From: Anaeramoeba ignava BMAN
Taxonomy: Eukaryota > Protista > Anaeramoebae
Direction of reading: 5' to 3'
DNA: 64,000 nt
NCBI GenBank assembly: GCA_028826165.1
Contig: JAPDFW010000076.1
Coordinates: 124,001 to 188,000 of the forward strand
A model generated the notes under the pieces. It was not told the DNA's origin and ran no database searches. It saw nothing but the letters and a program-made list of their open reading frames with translations. Shown in pieces: positions 13,891-23,888 of this stretch (position 1 is the stretch's first letter; each line of letters opens with the position of its first letter). The position numbers and the translations under genes were made by a program.

Positions 13891-14964
13891 TCATTTTGTT
13901 GTGATTTGAAGAAATAAAAGAACCAAAATTTTAACCAAATCAACAACAGAATTAGGATCAATAACATCAAGATTATCTTTTTCAGTGTGCCAAAACTCGG
14001 GGAATTTATCAGGAATTAAATGAACACAAGGAATTTGATTTTGGAGGAAAGGGATATGATCATCCTCTATCATTCCATCAGCTTTCTTGTCAGAAAAAAG
14101 AGGTCTTTCTTTTGGAAGAGCATTAAGATTATGTTCTCTCAAAAAGTTTTCTATGAGAACAAATTGCTGGTGGAAGACGCTTGTTGAGTCGAAATAGTAT
14201 TTAAGGGGGGAATCCAATTTATGACCAAAAAGATCAAGTAACATAAAAATCTTCATATAAGAAAGTCTGTTTTGCTGTTTGAATTTCTCAGCGAGATGTC
14301 TTGAGCCGTAAAGCGAATCTGATGCGCTCCACTTACCAAAAGACTCTTCACCATCGAAAAAAATAAACTGGATTTGAGTGATGTAACTTTGTTTTGAAAA
14401 AAGATGTTTGAACTGAGAATTTCGGAACAAAAATGTGTAGTATTCCGCTATTTGTAAATATATTGCGCAAGGCGCTGCTGAATCAATCGCACCGATAAAG
14501 TTGTCGATATCTGCGAAGTATTTTGAGTCGTAATGAACTGCAAAAACCATTGTGTTTTCCTGAGGAAACGGCGCATCATTCTCAATTTTGTGGTTCAAAT
14601 TCAGCGTGAAAATCAAGTTGCGAAATTCAATCTCGCCCAAAATTGTTTTGGACGTAAAAACATCTTCTTCAAAGTGCCATTGTAATTTTTCAAAATGCCC
14701 GATAATGTAATTTTCAATTTGTTTGTGTGATTTGGTTCCAGGAACTCTTTTTTGGCCAATCACATTGAAATGCTTCATAAATTCGTTGTACGATAATTTT
14801 TCGTGTTGAATTATATTAAATGGAAATTGTTGCTTTTGAGTTGGTTGTTTTTTTTGAGTTTGTTTTTTTTGTGGTGTTTCATTTTTTGATGTTAATAGAA
14901 TTCTTGTTAGTGCTATTATAAAGAAAATTCCTAGAATCGCATATAATCTTAATCTTTTATTCAT
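13891..14964 (-). CDS. QPCT: Glutaminyl-peptide cyclotransferase (M28 fold) with an N-terminal membrane anchor (isoQC-like)
   Basis: Motifs HYDSKYF, GAIDSAAPCA, FFDGEE, DSLYGSRHLA, LLDL, IEDDHIPF, FWHT; hydrophobic residues ~7-24. Confidence 0.93.
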   Translation of the reverse strand: MNKRLRLYAILGIFFIIALTRILLTSKNETPQKKQTQKKQPTQKQQFPFNIIQHEKLSYNEFMKHFNVIGQKRVPGTKSHKQIENYIIGHFEKLQWHFEEDVFTSKTILGEIEFRNLIFTLNLNHKIENDAPFPQENTMVFAVHYDSKYFADIDNFIGAIDSAAPCAIYLQIAEYYTFLFRNSQFKHLFSKQSYITQIQFIFFDGEESFGKWSASDSLYGSRHLAEKFKQQNRLSYMKIFMLLDLFGHKLDSPLKYYFDSTSVFHQQFVLIENFLREHNLNALPKERPLFSDKKADGMIEDDHIPFLQNQIPCVHLIPDKFPEFWHTEKDNLDVIDPNSVVDLVKILVLLFLQITTK

Positions 14965-15062
14965 AATTTCCTTGTTTTAAATTTAAATAATTATTTGAGA
15001 AAAAAAATGAAAATTTAAAATTATTTTAATTTAATATTTAATTTATAAATTAATTTAAAAAT

Positions 15063-15690
15063 ATAAATTAAAAAGAAAATTAAATTAAATACTATTAAAT
15101 GTTATTGAAATTATTTAAATAAATTAATTAAAATATTTTATTAATTTTATATAATTATTAAGAATAATTTTATATTATTTTAAATAAAGAAATATTAATA
15201 AAATATATAAATTAGAATTATTTCCAAATTAAATATTATTAAAATAATTTTCATTTTTTAAATAAATTAATTAAAATATTTTATTAATTTTATATAATTA
15301 TTGAGAATAAGTTTATATTGTTTTAAATAAAGAAATATTATTAAAATATATAAATTAGAATTAATTCCAAATTAAATATTAAATTAAAATAATTTCCATT
15401 TTTGAAATAAATTAATTAAAATATTTTATTAATTTTATATAATTATTAAGAATAAGTTTATATTGTTTTAAATAAATAAATATAATTAAAATATATAAAT
15501 TAGAATTAATTCCAAATTAAATATTAAATTAAAATAATTTCCATTTTTGAAATAAATTAATTAAAATATTTTATTAATTTTATATAATTATTGAGAATAA
15601 GTTTATATTGTTTTAAATAAATAAATATAATTAAAATATATAAATTAGAATTATTTCCAAATTAAATATTAAATTAAAATAATTTTCATT
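15063..15690. repeat. Tandem array of ~145-bp AT-rich units (about 4 copies) upstream of BTB-TLDc gene 1
   Basis: Anchor gaataa recurs at 15162, 15305, 15450 and 15595 (period 143-145). Confidence 0.9.
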
Positions 15691-15761
15691 TTTCATTTTT
15701 TTTCCTTTTTTTTTAAAAAACAAAAACACAAAACAACAAAAAACAAAAAACAAAAAACAAA

Positions 15762-17410
15762 ATGGATAATAATAATAATAATAATAACCAAATTGAAAAT
15801 GCAAATCAAAATCAAAATGAAATGAAAAATTTAGAAAAAAAAGTAACAAAAAATTTAATTAAAAATTATTCAAACCTTTTAAATGGAAATTCATTTAAAG
15901 ATTTTTCAATTTTTGTTGAGAATAAATCAAATCCTTTTGAAATTAAAGTTCATAAATCAATTTTATGTTCAAGATCTCCTTTTTTTAATGAATCATTAAG
16001 GCAAGAATCTCTTTCTATTTCTTTAAATCAATTTAATAAAAAAGAAATGGAATCAATTTTGAGTTATATTTATTATGGAAATATTTCTTTTGAGAATCAA
16101 GAAAATCTTCTTCAATTATTGGAAATTTCAACTTATTTTAAATTAAATTTATTGAAAGAAATTATTCAAAAAAAAATTTCAAATTCAATTAATTATTCAA
16201 ATTTTTCCAATTTTTATTCCAAAATCGAAATTTAAATTCAAATGAAATTGAAATAAAATGTTTTGAATTAATAAATCAAAATTTTTCCCAAATTCAAAAT
16301 AATGAGAATTTATTCAATTTAACTAAAGAAGAAATTATCAAATTTATTCAATTTAAACAAGAAAAAAAAGAAATTTTTCAATTTGATTTTTTTCAATTTT
16401 TAAATAATTGGATTGAAAAAAGAAATGAAAGATTAAAAGGAAAGAAAGAAAAAGAAAAAGAAAAAGAAAAGGGAATTGAAAAGAAAAGATTATTTCATTC
16501 TTTTTTTTCATTATTTGATAAAGATTCAATTTCAAAACAAGATTTTGATAAATTAAAACAATTTGATTTTTTTCCTAAATCTTTTTTAGTTGATATTCAA
16601 ACCCAAGTTATTCAAGATAACCAAAAAGAAATTGAAGATAAAAACAAAGAAATTGAAAAGAATCAAAAAGAAATTGAAGAGAAAGAAAAAGAAAATCAAC
16701 AAATGAAAATTGAAATTGAAGAGAAATGGAAGAAAGAAATTGAAAACAAAAACAAAGAAATTGAAGAGAAAGAAAAAGAAAATCAACAAATGAAACCAAT
16801 TTTTGATAAATATCAAGATCAATATCAAAAAGAAAAAGAATTAGGAAAAGCATTTTCAGAATCAGAAATTATTAAAGATATTGAATATGTTAAGAAATTA
16901 CAAGAATGGATAAATGATAATGATTTTTTTTCTAAAATGAAAAAAGGATTTTCAGCAAAAAGAGATGGATTTGATTCTAAAAATTGGCATAAAGCAGTTG
17001 ATGGGAAAGGAAAAACATTAGTTATTATCAAAACAAAAGATAATTTTATTTTTGGAGGTTTTACTCAAGTTGGATTTAAATATTCACAAAATGGAGAATA
17101 CAGTAACGATCCAAATGCATTTATTTTTTCATTAAGAAATGATAAAGGGGATAGAATACCTGAGAAATTTACAATTAAACAAGGAAAAGAGCAATGGGCA
17201 ATTTATTCTTGTTTTTCAAGTTATGGTCCAGCTTTTTCAGGTCATTCTGGTTTATGGTTAAATTCCAATTTAGGTCCCTGTATAACAAATTGCGGTGAAG
17301 ATTATCAGACTCCGAATGGAATGCAACCAAATTCAGAGCAAGAAAAAAGTTATTTAGCTGGTTCTTATGATAAATGGGTTGTTGATGAAGTTGAAACTTA
17401 TTTCATTTAA
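15762..17410 (+). CDS. BTB/POZ - coiled coil - TLDc protein 1 (one frameshift at ~16205)
   Basis: BTB motif DFSIFV..IKVHKSILCSRSPFF in ORF 15762..16235. One extra T in the run at 16202-16206 joins it to the frame of ORF 16703..17410, which carries TLDc motifs (GFSAKRDGF, GKTLVIIKT, FIFGGFT, AFIFSL, VDEVETY). Confidence 0.85.
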
Positions 17411-17622
17411 AAATCTATTTTTTTTTCTTTAAAATTCAATTTTCAATCAATTAAAATTCTTCAAAATAATAAAAAGGAAAAGAATCCAAATTATAAAAAA
17501 TTTAATTTTAATTTAGAAATATTATTAAAAATATGATAAAATTGTTTTTGGAAGTTAATAAATCAAAATAAAAATAGAAAATAGAAATTAATAATAATTA
17601 AATTTAAATTATTTATTAATAG

Positions 17623-18110
17623 ATAAATTAAAAAGAAAATTAAATTAAATATTAAGTTAAAATAATTTCCATTTTTGAAATAAATTAATTAAAATATTTT
17701 ATTAATTTTATATAATTATTGAGAATAATTTTATACTGTTTTAAATAAAGAAATATTATTAAAATATATAAATTAGAATTATTTTCAAATTAAATATTAA
17801 ATTAAAATAATTTCCATTTTTGAAATAAATTAATTAAAATATTTTATTAATTTTATATAATTATTGAGAATAATTTTATACTGTTTTAAATAAAGAAATA
17901 TTATTAAAATATATAAATTAGAATTATTTCCAAATTAGATTATTTAATATTCTTTATTCCATTTTTGAAATTAATTAAAGAAAATATTTTATTAATTTTA
18001 TATAATTATTAAGAATAATTTTATACTGTTTTAAATAAAGAAATATTATTAAATATTTAAATTAGAATTAATTCCAAATTAAATATTAATTTAAAATAAT
18101 TTTAAATTTT
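17623..18110. repeat. Tandem array of the same 145-bp unit (about 3 copies) upstream of BTB-TLDc gene 2
   Basis: Anchor gaataa at 17723, 17868 and 18013; same unit and same leading motif ataaattaaaaagaaaattaaattaaata as at 15063. Confidence 0.9.
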
Positions 18111-18140
18111 CATTTTTTTCTTTTCAAAATTTTATTGAAA

Positions 18141-19598
18141 ATGGAAAATTATTTAAATTTAGAAAAACTTTCAAATGATTTAAAAAATTTATTTCAAAAT
18201 CAAAATCAAAAAGAAAAAGAAGAAGAAAGCTATTTTGATTTTGAAATAATTTGTGAACAAAATCAAATTTCATTTAAAACTCATAAATCAATTCTTTCAT
18301 CAAGAAGTCAATATTTTAAATCTCTTTTTAATTCCAAAATGAAAGAATTTCAAGAAAATAAATTAATTTTAAAAGATGTTTCAACTTCAATTCTATTTCC
18401 AATTTTGAATTATTTTTATTCAGGAAAAATTGAAATTAATTTAGAAAATGTTATTGAAATTTTAATTTTTTCATCAAAATATTTAATTGATGAATTAATT
18501 GAAATTTCTTTAAAATTTATCAAAAACAATTTACAAATTGAAACTATTATCGATATTCTTAAATTATCTGAATTAATGAATTTCAATCAATTATTAGATT
18601 CTTCTTATAAATTTATTTCAGATAATTTTAAAGAATTTATTAAAACTTCTTTTTTTCTTGAACTTGAAGAAAATCATTTAAATTCAATATTATTAAGTAA
18701 TGATATTCCAATAAATGAATTTGAACTATTTGAATCAGTAATAAAATGGGGAAAACATAAATCAGATATTAATCAAGAAAAACTTGATAGAGAAGAAAAA
18801 GAAAAATTACAAAATCAAATTTCAAATCTTATTGATAAAATCAGATTTATTGATTTCTCAAAACAAGAACTTAAAGATATTTTGAAAGAAGATTTAATTC
18901 CAAATCAAATCTCACAAAAATTAATTCAATTCCAAAAACTTCAAAATCAAGAAAAAGAACTAAATCAATTTGTTGAAAAAGAAAACTCATTAATTTTCAA
19001 ATCAAGAATCAGATTAGATTCAGAAATTATTAAAGAAAAAGAATATATTGAGAAATTAAAAGAATGGATAAATGATGATGAATTCTTTTACAAAATGAAA
19101 TTAGGATTTTCAGCAAAAATAGATGGATTTGATTGCAAAAATTGGCATGATAAATGTGATAACAAAGGAAAAACATTAGTTATTATCAAAACAGAAGATA
19201 ATTTTATTTTTGGAGGATTTACTCGAGTTGGATTTATAAGAGATAAATCAAAATGGAATAATGATTATGGAGATGTTGGATGGATTACAGATCCAAATGC
19301 ATTTATTTTCTCATTAAGAAATGATAAGAACGATAGGAAATCAGAGAAATTTCCAATTAAAAAAAGTCAAGAACAATATGCAATTTTGTATGGTTATTCA
19401 GGTTCTGGTCCGACTTTTGGATTTGGGAATCAAGGAGATATTTATTTAAATTCTAAATTACAACCTGGTTTATCGAATTTTGGTTATGTTTACAAACTAC
19501 CTAATGGAATTGAATATAACACAAATGAAGCTAAAAGTTATTTAGCTGGTTCTTTTAAATCATGGGTTGTTGATGAAGTTGAAACTTATTTCATTTAA
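18141..19598 (+). CDS. BTB/POZ-BACK-TLDc protein 2 (intronless)
   Basis: ATG 18141; BTB (DFEII..FKTHKSILSSRSQYFKSLF), BACK (FLELEE..NEFELFESVIKW..IRF) and a C-terminal TLDc domain. Confidence 0.93.
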   Translation: MENYLNLEKLSNDLKNLFQNQNQKEKEEESYFDFEIICEQNQISFKTHKSILSSRSQYFKSLFNSKMKEFQENKLILKDVSTSILFPILNYFYSGKIEINLENVIEILIFSSKYLIDELIEISLKFIKNNLQIETIIDILKLSELMNFNQLLDSSYKFISDNFKEFIKTSFFLELEENHLNSILLSNDIPINEFELFESVIKWGKHKSDINQEKLDREEKEKLQNQISNLIDKIRFIDFSKQELKDILKEDLIPNQISQKLIQFQKLQNQEKELNQFVEKENSLIFKSRIRLDSEIIKEKEYIEKLKEWINDDEFFYKMKLGFSAKIDGFDCKNWHDKCDNKGKTLVIIKTEDNFIFGGFTRVGFIRDKSKWNNDYGDVGWITDPNAFIFSLRNDKNDRKSEKFPIKKSQEQYAILYGYSGSGPTFGFGNQGDIYLNSKLQPGLSNFGYVYKLPNGIEYNTNEAKSYLAGSFKSWVVDEVETYFI

Positions 19599-19782
19599 AA
19601 TCTATTTTTTTTTCTTTAAAATTCAATTTTCAATCAATTAAAATTCTTCCAAAAAATAAATTTTTTAAATTTGAATTGTAAATGTCAATTTTGTTCCTTT
19701 TTTTTTTTTTTTTTAATAAATTTTTGTTTTTTTTGATCAAAAAAAAAAATTTCACTTTTTTATTTTGATTTATTTTGATCAA

Positions 19783-22700
19783 ATGAAAAATTTTCAAAAA
19801 GAAAAAACAATTTTTGAAGAAAAAACACAAAATTCCAAAATCCTAACTCCAATTTTGGCAAGAGGATTGAAAAATAATATGATTGAATACACAGAAGATC
19901 ACACAATCATTTTCATATCAAGCACAGTGATTGTTGAATTTAACATTGAAAATGAAAAAGAAAAAATAATTTCAAATGAATCAAATAGAGAAATTACAGC
20001 AATTACAAGAAATAAAAAGCAATTTTCTTTATCAGGAATAAATGAAACTAATGTTCTCATTATTGCAGAAAGAGATGAAACAATTTCAAGAATTTCAATT
20101 CTTTCTCTCAAAAATTTCAAAGCTTTACAATCAATTTCTATTCCTCAAAATTTATTTGAATTTGTAAGTGTTTTTGTTTTGTTTTTGTTTTGATTTTGAT
20201 TTTGATTTTGATTTTGATTTTGATTTTTTTGTAGGAAATTTTTTCTATTGTTGCTTCAAAAGATTCAAATCATTTTGCGTGTCTTGCTTCCAATACTCAA
20301 AATAGAATTATTCTCATGTTCTTTTCTTTTGAAAGATTCCTTAATTTTGTTGAAATCCAAAAAGAAAAAAATCCTAATTCTAATTCTAAAAATAAGAGTT
20401 CTTCTTTGAGTTTTAATTGTTCATTTCGGCCTAAAAATATTTCCAATCTAGTTAATATTTCTGTTTGTGGGGATGGAGAATTAAATCTTTTCAAGTTTAG
20501 TGATTCAGGATTTAAAAAAACAAGGATTTTGCAATCAGTCCCCAAATTAGGCAAGAAAGAAAAAGAAGGAAAAACAAAAGAAACTGGTAGAACTGATGGT
20601 TTTTCTTCTTCTTCTTCTTTTTCATTTGGGAAACCAATTTCTCATTCTTGGTGGGATGAAAATAGAATTATTGTTGGGACTGAAACTGGAAATTTAGTTT
20701 GTGTTGGTAAGTTCTTTGAGAAATGAAAATAAGATTTTGATTTTGATTTTGATTTTTATTTTTATCATTTTGATTTTGATTTTCATGTTAATTTAGATCT
20801 GGAATTAATCAACAAACCAAATTATCTTAAAAGCCAAACAAAATCAAAATTGGGAATAGATTTAATTTATCATATTGACGCTATTCAAGAGAATTTAATA
20901 ACAAAGAAAACAAAAATTCAACAAATTATCTGTCATGGGAATGGGCTTATTTTAGTGATCAATGGAGGATTTATTCAAATGCTTTCGAAAAAAATGGTTG
21001 ATGAGAAAAAAAGAAGAGACATTCTTTCGAAAGAGAAAGAAGAAGTACTTTCAGAGCAGCTCAAGTTTGTCAAACAAATCAGAGTCAAAAAGCCTTGTTA
21101 TGTGGATGAATTTGGAACGAAAATAGAGAAGTATTTTGGAGAAATAGAAAATCGGAAAACAAGCAAAATAAACATAAAAAGGATTGTGGAAAGCCCGAAG
21201 GAGGGCCAAATGGTTCTGGTTGTGGAAGAAAAAACACAAAATAATGAACAAAACTCTTTAGTTTTTGTTCGTTGGACAAACTTTGATCTTCGTGTCGTAG
21301 AAAGAGAAGAGAAATCAATCCCTAATTTTCATTGCAAGAAAATAGTTGGAGTGGATTGCTGTTTACAGAGGCCTGTTTTTATAACTGTAAGTAATGATAA
21401 AACAGTGAAAATATGGAATTATGAAGATGGGAAGCTTGTGATGACGAAAGAATTTGCAGAAAATCCGTTTTCAGTTTCTTTTCATCCATCAGGATTAATG
21501 GCTTTAGTTGGCTTCAGTGATAAATTAAGATTATTTGGGATTCATTTGGCTGACATGAGAATATACAAGGAGTTTTTAATTCGCAAATGTGAGATTTGCA
21601 GTTTCAGTGAAGGAGGACAGTTTTTTGCTGCGGGCAATTTTAATGAAGTGAAAATATTTTCGACTTGGGATCATTCCCAAATAGCTTGTTTGAAAGGACA
21701 TACTTCGAAAATTACAGACATTCGATGGGGAGCTCGAGATTTGAAGATTATTACTTGTGGGAGTGATGGAGCAATTTATGTATTTGATTGGATGAATGCT
21801 GAACAAAACAGAGAAGTGGAAAATGTAGTGAAAATTTCTTCTTATTATTGTGTTGAATTTGCGAAAAAATGTGGCAGAATTTTTGCAGGAGGATCACCAT
21901 CTGTGTTGAGAGAGATTGATGTGAGAAATGGGTCTATTATCAAAGAAATGGAAACAGAAGAAGTAATCACAGATCTTGTTGTTTCTGAATTAAATGGGCT
22001 TCTTTTTGCAGGAACTGAAAGAGGAAGAATTAAGATTTTCAAAATGCAAAACAGAGAAACTAAAGAGATCAAGCAGAAGAGCAACAATTCAGAGAATGAG
22101 CAACAAGAATATACATACTCTGATGTTCAATGCCTGGAGGAAATTGGGGATCTTAACATTCATCACGGTTCAATTTCACAATTTGCTCTTACTCCACAAG
22201 AAGACAAACTCATTTCAGTTTCTGAAGATGGAAGTATTTTTATTTTTTCTATCAAGAATTTAGCAAATAGTACAATGAGAGAGAAGGAAAAAGATAATCA
22301 AATTGTGAGGAATGAAATACTTGTTTCAACTAGAGACTTGGAAGAAATGGAAATGGAAAAAAACGGTTTGGTGATGAAAATTGAAGATCAAAGAAACGAG
22401 ACAGAACATTTACTCAATTTGGAGAAGTTGCGATGGCGGGACGAAAGAAGAAAAATGAAGGAAGAAAATCGAAAAGAATTGGAGAAAAAGGATTTAAGAC
22501 ACAAGAAGTTAAAACAAGCTTTTGAGGAATCCAAAACAAAAAATAAAAAAGAAATGGAAGAAATGATGCAGAAGAACGAACAGAAACAGGAAGTTCTTCT
22601 AACAAGGCTTAATCAAAGTATCCAGCAAGAAAAAAAGAGAATCGAAGAATTGGAGAAGGAGAAGAAAGAAATGGAGATTTCTCATGCAAATCAAGTCAAG

Positions 22701-23699
22701 GAAATGGAGAAAGAAAGAAAAGTGGGACAAAACGGGATGGAGGAACAGTTGAAGAAAAACGAAGAGATCTACAGAAAGAAAGTTCAGCAATTAAAAGATG
22801 AACAAGAAGAGATGAAAAAACAACATGAAAAGATGGTCAAGATTCTTGAAGAGGATGCGGATGAAGAGATCCAACATAAATTGGAAAAGCAAAAAGTTCT
22901 TTTAGAAAATGAAAGAGAGGAGAAGATTGTTTTGAAAGGAGATTTGGGGATTTTGAAAAAGAAATTGCAAACTGCTCAGCATGATGTCGAAATGCATGTT
23001 CTTTCGGCGAAGAAGATGAATCAAGAAAAAGAGAGATTATTAAATACTTTGGAATTGCTGAATAAGCAATGTGATGTGCAGAAAAAGGAAATTGAAGAAA
23101 GAAACAAAACAATCAGTGATAAGAACCAAAGGATTGAAGAAATGAAACAATCGATTCATGAATTGGAAAAAAACTCTTTTGTTCTTGATTATAAATCTAA
23201 AGAACTAAAAAAACAAATTGAACCCAAAAAGGCTGAAATTGATCAAAAAAATGAGATCATCTCCAATTTAGAAAAAGAAATTTCAACTTTTGAAAAACTC
23301 GTTGAGAATCAGAAAATTGGAATTTCAGATTCAGAACTAAAAATCAAATCACTAAATCAAGAAGTGAATAGAAAAAAGGAACAAATTTGGGTTTTAAAGA
23401 AAAAAGTGGAAAATTTGATTTTTGATTTGAAGCAAACAACTGAATTTATTCAAAATCCTTCCAAATTAAAAAAGGAAATGAAAGAAATTTATAAGAAATA
23501 TTTGACAGAATCAAATGAAGAAATAAATCGAAATTCCAAAAAAGAATTAAATCAAAAGGAGAATAGAAATGAAGAAAAAATAAATTCTTTAATTAAAATT
23601 ATTGAAAATTTAAAAAAAAGAATTGAAGAAAATGAAAAGAAATTTAAAAAGGAAAAAACAAAATTAATTAAAGAAAATTTGGATTTAATTAAAAAATAA
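19783..23699 (+). CDS. CFAP57: Cilia- and flagella-associated protein 57 (WDR65), 3 exons
   Basis: Introns 20164-20234 and 20707-20796 join in frame. WD40 block FHCKKIVGVDCC..SNDKTVKIWNYE..SFHPSGLMALVGFSDKLRL..CSFSEGGQFFAA..LKGHTSKI; coiled coil with LEEDADEEI, ELEKNSFVLDYKSKELKKQIEPK and FIQNPSKLK. Confidence 0.93.
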
Positions 23700-23888
23700 A
23701 TAAAAAAAATAAAAATGATATAAAAGTAAGTGTATAAAAAAATATATTTTCATAATAATTTAAATATTTAAATTTTTTTATTAAAATAACGTTTTTTTTT
23801 AATTTTTTTTTTCATTTTTTTCCTTTTTTATTTTTTTTCCTTTTAAAAAAAAAATTTTTTTTTTTTCTTTTTTAAAAAAATAATTAAT

